From Antedon mediterranea (Eukaryota > Animalia > Echinodermata), in the NCBI RefSeq assembly GCF_964355755.1, contig NC_092672.1, positions 25,736,437 to 25,800,436 of the forward strand: 64,000 bases of DNA, read 5' to 3'. Made by a program: the position numbers and the translations under genes. This document shows, piece by piece, positions 1 through 12,879 of this stretch; position 1 is the stretch's first letter; each line of letters begins with the position of its first letter. The notes beneath the pieces were generated by a model. That model worked only from the letters and a program-made list of their open reading frames with translations, did no database searches and had not been told where the DNA came from.

Positions 1-2895
1 TTCTACTAAACCGAGTTGTATTTACTGATTAAGCTACCAAGCTTAGTTTGCTGTCTGTTCAGGCAAGAAATAAATTACAAAAATCTGCTGACTTTCGTAA
101 TGTATTAATGTTTCCTGATCGAACCCTTAAGGAGAGAAAGGCTAGAAAACAACTCGTAGAAATGAGGAACCAAAAAAACTGGGAGCTCGAAAGTCACGGG
201 ATAAAAGAAAAACGATGGATAATAAGAAACAGGTTACTGAAGGAAATCAAAGTAGACGAAAATCACCCGGGTCAAATACAGACAGGCCAACGGCAAAAAC
301 CAAACCAAGCGAATTAAAAAATCTTACATGCCTGTATACAAATTTAGATGGTTTATCGAACAAAACAAACCTTTTCAGTTCATTGGTTGTGAAAGAAAAC
401 CCCCATCTTATTTTTGTTACTGAGACAAAGTTGGAAGAGAGTCACGATACAATTACTTATTTTGATACTAATATTTATTTAGTTTATAGAAGAGATAGAA
501 TTCCAAGTGATGGAGGTGGTGGCGTCCTAATCCTGGTGCGCAAGGATATTGTTTCTGAAGTTGTAATTGACGAAGTCCGGATTGATATAGAAGTGATAAC
601 TTGTCTATTGAAATATGGAGAGAAATCTGCTCTTACCGCTTGTGTCTACCGTAGCCCTAGCTCTCGAGGTGAATACAACCAGATGATCAGGGATATGCTG
701 TTGAAATTTAATTCATACAAAACTGACCAGATTTTAATTTGCGGTGATTTTAATATTAAAGACATAGACTGGGATACTCTTTCTACTAGACGCGGCGAAT
801 TGAGTGAACAGCAGAAACTTTTAGATATAGTCAATGACTCGTTCTTGACGCAACATGTGACACAATTTACACGTGTAAGAGGAGACGACGAGCCTTCATT
901 ACTTGACTTAATTTTTAGTAAACATGAACTTGATGTTGATATTTTACGTTATGATGCTCCAGTCGGGAAAAGCGACCATGCCGTTATAATTTTTGTTTTT
1001 GTATTAGATTGTTTTGTTGATCAAAGCGCAGAAGAATATACTAAATTTAATTTTTTTAAAGGTGATTTCACTACAATGAATGCCCAACTCGCTGATGTTG
1101 ATTGGGAAAGCTTGTTCGAAACCGTGGGACATTTTTCACAATAAGATTAACTTTTTGATTTCTGATTGTGTTCCGAAAAATATTGTGAACACAAATCTCC
1201 GCCCAAGTAAACAGAAGTGGATGACAAAATTCGCACTAAATAAAGTTCAAATGAAGGAGAATGCATGGCAACGTTACAGACGTCATAGGTCTAACAAAAA
1301 ATATAAATATTACTGTAAGGTCAGAAATGATGCCAGTAAGTAAGAATGGCTAAAGCTAATTTTGAGAAGGATGTCGCACTAAATGCTAAGAGAAATCCGA
1401 GGGCATTTTATAGCTATGTTCGTAGTCAAACTTCAATTAAGGAAGGAGTATCCAAACTAAAAAAACAGGATGGATCTTTTTCTTCCACCAACCAGGAAGC
1501 AAGTGAAATAATGAACGAGGTCTTCCAAAAAGTTTTTACAGTAGAAGATGATCGTAATATTCCAAACATGGCTTCTGTTTTTCATGGACATCCTTTGACC
1601 AATGTGGACTTTGCACTTGATGATGTTAAAATGCATATTAAAAATCTTTGTGATTCATCATCCCCTGGACCATGGCATCCACCCTAAAGTGTTGATAGAA
1701 TGCTGTGACCACATATCCCCTCCACTGTTATTACTGTTCAGAAAGTCGTTAGCAACAGGTGAAATACCAGCTGCCTGGAAAGACGCAACCATTACACCAA
1801 TTTTAAAAAATGGCAGCAAGTCTGATCCCCTAAATTACCGCCCTGTTAGTTTAACTTCAGTTATCTTTAAGATTTTAGAAAAAATCATAACTAACACAAT
1901 TATGATCCATCTCGAAACTAAAAATATACTCACCAAACATCAACATGGTTTTTGTACTAATCGTTCTTGTTTAACACAATTGCTTGAATTTTTTCATGAT
2001 GTAGAAAATGCTCTCGCTGACAGACATCCCGTTGATGTTATATACTTCGACTGCCGTAAGGCCTTCGACACAGTTCCGCACATTAGGTTGAAAATTAAAT
2101 TGCAAGCTTATGGCATTCAAGGTAATATTCTAAGTTGGATAAGTGGATTTTTAGAAAATAGACATCAATGTGTTTCAAAGGTTCGGTTACCTGTGTTCAG
2201 TGGCGTGCCTCAAGGCACAGTTATTGGTCCGGCTTTATTTCTAGTCTATGTAACGTCTGACTTTAAAGTGTCGACACAAGTTTCTAAAGTGGCAGCCAAA
2301 GCCAATTCAATTGTAGGCCGAATACGGAAATCCTTTACATATATGGATAAACAGATGTTTATGTCGCTTTATTCTTCCCTTGTGCGTCCGGTTATGGAGT
2401 ATGCAGTTCAAGCCTGGTCACCATATCTACAACAAGACATCAATAAACTTGAGAAAATCCAACAACGAGCAACAAAACTTGTACCAGAACTCAGAAATTT
2501 GCCTTATGAAGAGCGCAGGATACAGCTTGGTTTAACAACTTTACAGGAAAGAAGGGAACGCGGAGACCTCATCGAAGTTTTTACATTTTTGAATGGTTAC
2601 GAAAATATAGATCGCCACTCCTTTTTTAAATTAGCATCTGAAGTTGGTCCAAATATCACTCGAGGCTCAACTTTTAAATTAAAGAAACCTAGATGGAACT
2701 CAACTAAACGGAATAATTTTTTTGATACAGGAGTAATTAACAAGTGGAACTTGCTGCCTGAATCTGTTGTCAATAGCAAGAGTGTAAATTCATTCAAAAA
2801 CAAACTTGACAAACACACACACATACACACATATGAGAGAAGAGGCTCCTTACGAGTTTAAAAACTCATTGCCTCTTAACTTTACTAAAGGTAAG
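1..2895 (+). mobile_element. Decayed CR1-clade LINE (3' part of ORF1, ORF2, 3' UTR stem-loop)
   Basis: ORF1 tail at 48-317 (FPDRTLKERKARKQL). AP endonuclease at 215-1144 (YTNLDGL, VTETKL, YRSP, GDFN, LLDLIF, SDH). RT at 1602-2861 (NYRPVSLTS, QHGF, DCRKAFDTVPH, SGVPQG), ending in the CR1-type ERRERGDLIEVF...KWNLLP. Contains frameshifts/stops, and the YADD region is deleted. Hairpin at 2840-2877. Confidence 0.92.
215..2861 (+). pseudogene. CR1 ORF2 (endonuclease-RT) pseudogene
   Basis: Broken into ORFs 215-1144, 1080-1343, 1346-1687 and 1602-2861. LFLVYV joins directly to TSDFKVSTQV, so the catalytic YADD block is missing. Confidence 0.9.
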
Positions 2896-3699
2896 AATTA
2901 CTATTAGTATTACAATGACATTGATTATAAGCCTGGAAAGGCAATCCCATCATTATCTATTATAAAATTGCATCATATCACTACTATATGTCGTAAATGT
3001 TGACGTGCGTGTGTGTATTCGTCGTACGTCCATGTTTGTACGTATTATTCCGTGCCTCTTCACTGTCTTGTTTAAACAAACACCCGATATGAGGATATTT
3101 ATTAGGCATGATAATTAGAATGTTCTATAACCAAAAGGGTTGAAAAGAATTTCTTTAGTAAAATGATCATTGTGCTGTTGAATAAAAGGCGACTCCAATC
3201 TGAAATCAATCTGAGCTGGCCTTCTGGTATCTGTTTCCTCACAACAACAACACTCATTGTCTTACAACGCTGTTATTGTTTTAACTACACTGTAAATCTA
3301 TACGAAGGCGTACTACACATTTATACATTTATTATATTATCCTAAAAAATGAGCTGGTATCCACGCATAGGTTGAAGAAAAATTCGTAATTGTGGCACTG
3401 GTAACTAATTTTAAAATCATATTAAATTAACATTTTCGAAACTATAAATCAGGGATAATTTTTTTAGAACTTTCAAACAAGGAACTATTTTTTTAATGAT
3501 TTTTAAAAACCACATCACTCCATTAAAACCTGTAAAATAAAAATTAAAACACAAATTATGTATATAAATACGATAAACATTATAATGTATACGACATTTA
3601 GCGCGACCAAAGTAATAACGATTGATATCAAACGCAACCGATATGATTAAAACAGCGTGCTACTAGCGGGGGCGCTTCATAGTCATACCGAAACAAAAC

Positions 3700-3836
3700 C
3701 GTGGACGACTCTGCGATGGGGAGACTTTGCGTTGGGGTGACTTTGCAATGCATGGGGCTACTTTGTGATGGGGCGACTGTGCCAGGGAAACTTTGTTTTG
3801 GGGCGACTTTGCGATGGGGCGACTTGACTGGATCCC
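3700..3836. repeat. Short tandem array of (gggcgactttgcgatg)-like units, probably the subterminal region of a non-autonomous DNA transposon
   Basis: About 7 degenerate ~16-bp units ending in gggcgacttgactggatccc; no partner end found. Confidence 0.5.
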
Positions 3837-4449
3837 GAGGAAATATATAGGTCCTACCTTTGTTTCACAACAAACAAAGTTGACGGTTTGTTTGTTGATA
3901 TATATTTACTCCATTGCATTGGTTTCAAGGGGTGTTTCCCTTTCTAACCTGCCTTATATTTTGACTCCAAATTTTAATTAATTAAAATTCAACAAATTTT
4001 ATCCTGAATACCACACCTTAGAATTAGGCCTCATAAGTACTTTTATGAAGGCGATTCACATAAAAAGGAACAAATAGTCAGTTATGTGTGTTCATTTCAT
4101 AGTCGTCTGGTAAATAACCGAGAAATAAGCAAAAAGCTCTTCATCAGGTTGTATTTGTCTGATTTAGTTTGTAATTTTTGATAAAGCACCTGATGGGCAA
4201 ACTACAAAAATTTTTTTTATTGAGCTACGATGAAAACTTTTGTTACAGCGGCCAAAAATGTCATGTATTTGGACAAAATTGAATGTCTCATTGCAAAAAA
4301 TCATTTTTATGAAATGCATTGTTGTTGTTTGTATGTTATATATTTATATGAATTATGTACATTTAAATTGGTTGATCTACCCCCAAACGTATAAGGTATA
4401 AACAATGAGTGTGAAATGTATACATTTAAAACTTTTTTGTTGTAATTCT

Positions 4450-6600
4450 GTCCGTCCAAAATGTCCACTCCGACACGTTGGCTTATATCCAGAGAAAATA
4501 AGTAAGCAAGTCTACTGTTTTTCATCTATATACAACACTGATAAGATTGACCATACATTAACTTAAATAATATATTTAACTGACAATTTGGCTGAATGCG
4601 AATCGAAATCTGTCCGTCCAAAAAATGTCCACTCCGACACCTCATTAACTACTATTAATTTTTATGTTAATAATATAAAAAGTTGAATATTCATAGCAAA
4701 AATTATAAGCTGACATACTACAATTAATATAATGTACATATAATGTTTCTAAACCCAAGTAATTCACTGTAATGCACCCTAATATGGTGCTCACATAATG
4801 TCCACTCCGACACACATATTTGATCAAAGTAAAATGGCTGATTTTTTAACAACTATGAGACAATGTTATTGTTATTTTATTTATATCTGTTTTGTGTCAT
4901 TGATATTTAAGTGAAAATAATCTTGTTTAACTGTATTTTCAGTATTATTAACGAGCCACCGGCACCTGCTTCGAGGCGGAATTTTAGCCTCTCAGACAAT
5001 AATTTTAAACTAGTTGAAGCCACCATGGAAAAAGTTATGAATTACTAATTAATACTGGTTGTTATAGGTGATCAATTTAAGTATTTAATGCAAAAAAAAA
5101 AAAAAACACAAAAAATTTAACATTTTTAATATTGAAGTTTTTCATGTCCTGTTTGATATGTCCAAAAATTGTCCACTCCGACACATATGAACAATCCTTG
5201 TTTTAACGACATCTTTTTATTTAAAGTAGGTACCAAATATAACCACAGTAAACTTTATAAGTGCCAACTGATGGTTTGATGGTGTTTGGCTATGATAAGA
5301 CCATTATTTTTTATATTTGGATAAAACGTTTGTTAAAATTCTCTGACAAATTCAATTTTGTTTTACTCAGATGATGTTTTGGACATGGCAATGAGTGTTA
5401 TGGTTGTACATTTTTTTGTGACATGTACTAATCCATAAAATAGCAAATTGAATTGATTGAACATGCTTAATATTAACAAGTTTTTAATTATTTATAATCC
5501 TTGTTAAAAGACAGTTTTTATCATACTAAAGCTTAAAAAGTACAAAATGTTAACACTGTACACTTTAGAAGTTCCAACTGGTTGGTTTTAATGTGTTTAT
5601 GGAATAGTAAGACCATTATTTTTTTCATTTGGATAAAATGTTTGTTAATTTTGTCTTACTCAGATGATGTTTTAGGTGTGGTCATGAGTGTTATGGTTGT
5701 ACATTTTTGTTTTGTGTCCATTGGTGTCATGTACAGTACTTATGCATAAAATTGAATTCATTTAACATGCTTAATATAATAACAAGTTTTTAATTTATTT
5801 ACCTCCGCCAAGGAGGTATATGTAATCGGTAGCGTGTGTTTGTTTGTTTGTTTGTTAGCAGGATTACTCAAAAAGTAATTACAAGATCTTTACCAAAATG
5901 AATATACGGATAGATATGTGGTCAGGGACCATTCCATTAAATTTTAGGACCATTTGGGACCATGGTCCCAATTCTTCATTTTTATACAAGAGGCAAGAGG
6001 TATAATTTGTGATTTGTAAATTTAAAACATAATTTGATTTAATGTGCACGTGTTTTTTTTATGCGAGTAGTTTAAAAAACCTATTTCTTTTCAAATTCAC
6101 TCGTTTGATTTTCGCGTTGCTGTTCTTGTTAGTCAACTGAAGCTATTGTTAATTGAAAGGCTTGTTACATAACCATTACACCAAACTCGCATACACATGC
6201 TTGTAGTGAAATTAGCCTAAATCACAAACAGCATTAAGACACAGACAAATATATATATATATACTGTATTTCTTTTTTACCGGAGAAATCTTATGTAGGA
6301 GAATTTAACAGTAGACGGAGGTATGCACTCTCGGAGTGTCTAGTTTATACTGTTATTCATGTCCAAAAATGTCCACTCCGACACAAATGAACAATCCTTG
6401 TTTAAACGACAGTTTTTATCATGGTAAAGCTTAAAAAGTACACAGTAAGCTGTAGAAGTGGCAATTAGTTGGTTTTATGGTGTTTGTAGCTATATAATAC
6501 CACCAATTTTTTATTTGAGTCTAATGTTTGCTAATTACTCAACATTTATTGTTAAAATTCTCAGACAAATTCAATTTTCCCACTCATATATATTTATTTT
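4450..6600. repeat. Repetitive element interior with a recurring TGTCCACTCCGACAC motif and internally duplicated blocks
   Basis: Motif near 4462, 4627, 4799, 5170 and 6370. Blocks at ~5250-5490, ~5560-5795 and ~6370-6580 resemble each other. Confidence 0.6.
5798..6344 (+). mobile_element. Helentron-associated (HINE/DINE-1-like) non-autonomous element
   Basis: 5' ACCTCCGCCAAGGAGG, then a (GTTT)n microsatellite. 3' inverted copy CGGAGGT, then hairpin GCACTCTCGGAGTGT and CTAG. Inserted in a T-rich site. Confidence 0.7.
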
Positions 6601-7891
6601 TTAAATTGATATACTCTGTACTAGTAATTAAATATTAGCCAAATAAGCAGTGGCTTTTGTGTTATAATAAAAAAATATTGAGATGTTGATTTCCAAATTT
6701 TTCAATAAAGATCTTCCAGTTACTAAATTCCTACTATTACTGTGAAAATGTCCGGATAGGTAGCTTTATAATATTATTTTTTAATAAATATGAACAATGT
6801 ATGTTTCAAAATTAAGTGAAAAATATGTAAAAAAAAGACTTTGAATGCTTGACCCTGTGAGACACTTGCAGCCTAGGTTACCTTAAAATTACCCTTTCTG
6901 ACTGGAGAACAGTGACTTAAGTTGAATCTGGTTGAATATTCTCGCAGTTTCCTGTTCAGTTGAAGGAACTCTATTTTTCATTTCATTTTCTTATAGTGTA
7001 TATGTATCATATGTATGATTTATCATGAAACTAAGAGAAAAAAGGCTGATTACGTCATCATTAATTGCATATATTAGATAAAAAATTGTTATTTTTGACA
7101 ATCAAACAAACTATGAAATTTTCTTTTATCAAATAGATAAACTTAACTAACATTAACCTTCTTTTAAATGGTCATATATTAAAGTTGAAAGTATACTTTA
7201 TACTTTGACAGTGCATCATTTCAAAAAATTGTTAAAGAAGTCATAGTAAAAAAGTATGATTCATTGCGGTAAGTTATAATCGATCTGCACTAAAGCTTTT
7301 ACTGCATAGTAAATACACAAAATTCAGGTGTGCAAATGCCTCTAGGGTCTGTGCCGCGTCTATTATATAGCATTCAAGATCGAGTCTAACCTTGGAAAAC
7401 GAAACAAAATTAATTTTTTAATATCCGTATTGTTTGTTCAATTTTATTTCTTAGTGTATAATTTTTATAATGAAATCTAGAGAAAAGGTAACTTATGTCT
7501 TTATAATTATGTAATAAGTGTGGTTTATGATATATACGCGGAGGGATCTTTAATTGGATTGTTTTTTCATGGGTTATTTTATCAATATGTTCATGATTTT
7601 ATTCAAGTGTATATGGCTCGATGTGCAGTGACACCGACTATGGTACTTGCGTTACCAAGATCCTATCTTTCATATTACAATTACATATATTGTTCTGACA
7701 AAATCAATCAATCTATATTTAAATCAATGCATATAAGCTATAATTTGTCATAGTGATGAATGACAAATTAAATATAATTTTATTTTTGTATTGCTTGCAT
7801 TACAAATTTTACTTTATAAAAACTTAATTCTCTTTCATTAACAGCTATATACTAGATGTTACACATGCTTCTCCAATTTTTTTTTTTGCAG

Positions 7892-10800
7892 ATCCACAAA
7901 ATCAGCAGTCCTTACAAAATATATATTCAGCATTGTTACAAAATCCCCAGTTTGCAGGTGCATACCAATTAAAAACATTAGGAATGGATTGGGGAGGATT
8001 GAAACACCAATTTCAACAACCAACCAAACTTTCCAAAGCTGCAGTACAGTTACCAGTTAAGCAAATTAATGCACATAAATTGCCGAATACTACCTCTCCT
8101 GTAACTTCATATTCACCTGTCCAACCAAATTTGAGTGCAAAAACATCTTCACCAAAGGGCATTTCTGCTACCAGTACCATATTAAATAAAAACAGCATTA
8201 AAGCAGCAAGTAACAGCTCTTTAGATGGAAGTGGAAAACCTTTTCAACCTATAGTTCATATGAATGATGATCTGTTAAAAGATTCATTGGGTGATAAGAG
8301 AATAGTCAAAATTGATAGTAATGCTATCACAGGTGTAAAGTCTGAGTCTGCTCAGCCTTTTGATGAGGAGTTCATTAAAAGCACAGGATTAAGACATAGA
8401 GATAGCAGTGATTATTATTCTGATAACTATAGTACTTCTGCAGCTGCTTTTACATCTATTACCTCAGAAGCTACAACATCTTTAACAGGAAAACCGGTCA
8501 TTCAAGCGTCTGATAAAGAATCTTCGGTGACCGATGTCATGAATCATGAGTTCAAACCTTTAACCACTGGCGATTTTATGTTGACTCTGAAATGTCGCCA
8601 GTTCCAAGAGATCCCAGAGGAAATTTTAAAGGATCAAAGATGTAAACATACTACAAAAGTTAACATATCCAGTAACCGCCTGAAAGAGATCCCAAGGTAT
8701 CTAGATATTGAGCATTTTCCAAGTATGAAAATTCTAGATGGCTCTAAAAACAAGTTGGTAGATCTGCCCACAACTATAACCGAATTCAGAGGAATGGAAA
8801 ATTTAGATATCTCACATAACCAGTTCCGCATTTTTCCAGAGGTTGTTGCCAGTTTAAAACAACTCAAAACTCTGAAAGTGAATAACAACAGTATTGAGTA
8901 CATACCAAATGGATTAGGCTTTTATAAAGATTTGGAAATTTTAGGACTTGAAGGCAACAAGCTTTCAAAAATTCCAGAAGACATTAGACAGCTCCAGACT
9001 CTTCAGAACTTAAACATTTCAGACAATCTGTTGGATAAATTTCCTTTAGTTATCTGTCATTTAAAGAAGTTGCAATTTTTCTACATGTCTTCAAATAAGA
9101 TTAAAGAAGTTCCGTACTATTTGTATATGAATGAGTGTCTTGAAGTTGTACAAGTTGATAAAAATCCAATTGTAAAACCACCACCAGATGTTCTTGCTAG
9201 ACCAATCCAAGAGATTCGCAGATACTGCAAAGAAATAGCTGCTGGAAGATTCAAAGATGACAGGATTGTTATAATAGTTCAAGGAACTTTTAATTCTGGT
9301 AAATCCAGCGTCTGCAGTGCTCTTTGTAGTGATGTAACCAAAAGAGCAGTAAAACCCACTGAAGGAGTTGAAGAGCGGACTGCTGTAATTCGAAACATAA
9401 ATGTTACAATCCGTGAATTTGCAGGAGATCTGCATTATCGAGGTCTTGCAGAAATTTTCATAGTACCAAATGCTTTGTATGTAGTAACTGTTGATCTGAA
9501 GAAGTACAAGAGCAACGTAGGCAATGTTGGTTGGTTTGGTAGTAATGTTTGGCCATACTTAAAGAAGATTGTTGGTAATCAAACAGTGTTCATTGTAGGA
9601 ACACATGCAGATTTAATTCCATCTAACTCAGTTGAAGATCTACTTTCCAGTTTGTTAAGAAAATCAGAAGCAGCTTTGAGAAATGAGGTACAGTTGTTGT
9701 ATTAGTTCAGATTTTAATGTTAAATGTAGGTAAAAGGTCACAGATAAGATACATGCCATGTTTTTTTTTTTTACATCACATGATGCGTTTGAAATATGTA
9801 TTTTCTGTATCTATTTAGGACAAGCTTCTACATTTAGTGACAGTATTTGTAGATGCAACAATTGACAGTTTTGACCAGTTGAAAGATGATGTTACTGGTT
9901 GTCTTCTCAACAGAAAACTATTCCCTGAAAGAGGCCAGTACAGACCTGTTAAGTGGATAGATAAAGAACCAGTCCTTACTACTGCTAGAAATTCACAGCA
10001 GAATATGGGTAGGCATTTTTATTACTAACGTTTTTAAAAGATGACATGAAGAATTGGATTCACTGGGGTAAAAAAATCCCAAACCGTAAAAATAAAACCT
10101 ATATAGAAACGCCATTTATGAATGAAATTATGTAATAAAACGCTTGCTTCAAATTAATAAACGTACAGTACATTTATTTTTTCTTATTTTCTTAACTAAT
10201 GTATCTAGGAGGAAATAGTTGCCAATTTTGTGCTATTAATTTTTACAAAAGCCGGCTTGTTCTGGTATCAATTTTTTAACCCTTAACCTCTATCTACACT
10301 ATCAAACTTTATGTCAAACAATATATACACTCACATTTTTACCATTTAAAGGACAACTTGACAGAGGACTATGTTTTTTTACAACGTATTAGGAATGTAA
10401 TATGATTTCAAAACAATTGCGATATTAAGGATTTTGCCACATGCTCTCGCCGTACAGCCTCTTTGAGGCGGTCCCTAATACATTGTTAAAGTATGGTCGT
10501 CGGTCAAGTTGTCCTTTAAAGATGAACAAAATTATCACAATAGGCCCATATAGTATTTGTATGTACATTAAATTCAGTTTGTGACCTTATTTTAGAGCGA
10601 AAAAACGTACTGTAGGGAAAGTGGCTGTAAATTCAGGCTTGCTGTCTGTACTAACTGTCATCACTATTTTATTTATATTTATTATAGCTTTGTGGCTTCC
10701 AATTAAAACTGTTCGTGAATTGCTGAATGACTTTGATCGTGTAGAAGAAATAAAGACTTTCTTAAGATATCTGAGGTCTGTTGGATCTATTCTTTGGCAC

Positions 10801-12835
10801 GAAGAATTGCTTCTCCTTAAAAACTTTATTTGTGCAAATCCTGCTCTGTTGATAAAAGCTATCAACATCATAATGATGGAAGATCATAAAGAGGCCCTTA
10901 TAAAGCTAAATCGTGTCCTAGAAGGTGCCACATATGTGGTAGCAAACCAGATGTATTTCTCTCGTGGATGTATCAATATGGAGTCCATTAGACAGATCTT
11001 GAAGGCAGTTTTGGAAGACAAAGAGGATATAAACATGCTTATGGTAGCTCTTACACACTTTGATGTTTGCAAAGAAGTAAATATCTGCACTCCTGACATC
11101 AAAATTCTGGAAATCCAAGAAGGATTAGAAGCTGGTGTCACTATTCAGGAGGAGAAATGGCCTCAGATAGCCACAGAAGTGCTTCAGCCAAATTCACCTT
11201 TCAATGGTAAATACCTTTGAAAATACTATTAATGAAAAACAAAGTATACCTTGATAGTACATAGCCAAAAAATTAACTAATCTGTAAATATTTATATATT
11301 CTATACTGCATCTGTTGTTAAATAAATACAAATACCGTAGATACGTATTAAAGTTGTTGTTATTGTACAAACACTGTATACCATTATTGTTTCATCAATT
11401 TTTATTTTTACAATTTATTTACACTACAGATGATGATCTTCCACAAGATCTCTTAACGGCTGTTGCTAGAAACCTTGGTAAAGACTGGTTTGCATTGTCA
11501 CTGAATTTAGAATTCACCAAGACAGAAATCAACATTGTGTCCGCTCAATTTGCTGGGAAGTCTCATGAAACTATTTTATATATCCTTGAGACTTGGAAGA
11601 AAAGAAGTACGGATCAAAATATTGATGCTAAGGCACAACTTATGGAGACTTTGAACAAGATTGGAAGATCTGATCTGATGGAAATCATCAAACAGTTTGG
11701 TAAAATTTCAGTCAAAAGAATGCATCAGTGTAAAAATTTGTTTGTATTTGATTAATATAATATACATAAAAGAAATTGTAAATTTATTTCAGATCTTCAT
11801 GACGTTCTTGCACGACAGTTACACATTGTGTTACCTTCTTTTAAGAAATTAAAGAGGGAGAAAATTTTCTTTTTTCCTGCGTTTTTGAAAAATGGAGAAG
11901 CACAAATGTCAACCTTCTGGCAGGTGATTCAAAGGAAGTTTATGAACCATCAGAATTACTCCTTTGATCTCGGTACAGATCATGGACACCCCTTTGATGA
12001 AATATATGTGAAGTTCTATGTAATTCTTGTGGAGACAACACTGACTCACCAGATATGGAAGGATGGCATGCTAACTGAAGGAATTGATGATGCTAAAGAT
12101 AAAGGTGTTCTTTATTATTTTCAATTTACATGCACAGATGACAATATCCATCTAAATGTCTGCGCTGCTTCTAATAAAGGTTAGCATGTATTGTTGTTTA
12201 CTTTTACTTTTTTGTTTGTTTACTGTTAACTTTGTGTATGCAATGAATCTGGAATTTCACGCCAAAAGTTGTTGATAGATCACGTCACATCAATTTTGTT
12301 GATTGGCCAGAATCTAAAATTACCATACAATATTTTGTTAAAAATAGAATTTGTTTCTATCGTGATTTCTATTCAACCACCCATCCGCTCCACGTTCTGT
12401 TTAAATGATAAAGATTCTATATTTTGATTTTCCGCTCGTTACTGCTTCTGTGTAAATTGGCCTTTATACTGTAATTGCTACAATACTCTGTTTAAGTATT
12501 GTCAGATTTACTCAAAATTATTTAACTATTGCTTGTGTCTAAAAAGTGAAATGCATTTTACATTAGCAATAACAGGACAGAAGACACTATGTACAACCAT
12601 AACTCTCGTGCCGTCTACTTTACATTTACCGTCCCTATGTGAAAGCCCACTATTGCCATATTGGCAACCTTCCCAAACTTTGCTTTTTTTTAAAATATGC
12701 AATAGATTATAAACTTCAAGATATATTTTGTGCCTTTTTCAAAAATTCATTGCTATTTTTTATGTTTTGTTAGATATTTCAAAATACTGTAAAGAAATGC
12801 TTGCACAGCTTGTTGAAAAAATTACAGAAATTTAA
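7892..12835 (+). CDS. ROCO-family protein (MFHAS1-like): low-complexity N-terminus, LRRs, Roc GTPase, COR with an inserted Death domain. Exons 7892-9687, 9819-10008, 10688-11206, 11430-11699, 11793-12179, 12774-12835; 5' exon(s) not located
   Basis: About 8 LRRs (LxxLxLxxNxLxxIP). P-loop GTFNSGKS, G2 PTEGVE, G3 REFAG, G4 VGTHAD. COR motifs FLRYLRSVGSILW, NPALLI and FFFPAFL. Death domain VARNLGKDWFALSLNLEF...ILETWKKR...LNKIGRSDL. All introns are GT-AG and phase-compatible. Confidence 0.85.
10350..10515. mobile_element. Kolobok-type MITE in a ROCO intron
   Basis: TTAA|AGGACAACTTGAC ... GTCAAGTTGTCCT|TTAA: TIRs with AG termini and a TTAA TSD. Confidence 0.75.
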
Positions 12836-12879
12836 TTGTAAGTATCATACAACATAATAAATAATCAATTGCATTAATA

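Noticed and set aside
3860-4012. Segment similar to ~23170-23310, with similar small ORFs
   Set aside because: Best explained as two diverged copies of a dispersed repeat; the coding frames are not conserved.
7470-7493. ATGAAATCTAGAGAAAAG|GTAACT as the first ROCO exon
   Set aside because: The donor is phase 0 but the 7892 acceptor needs phase 1, so the 5' end is left unresolved.
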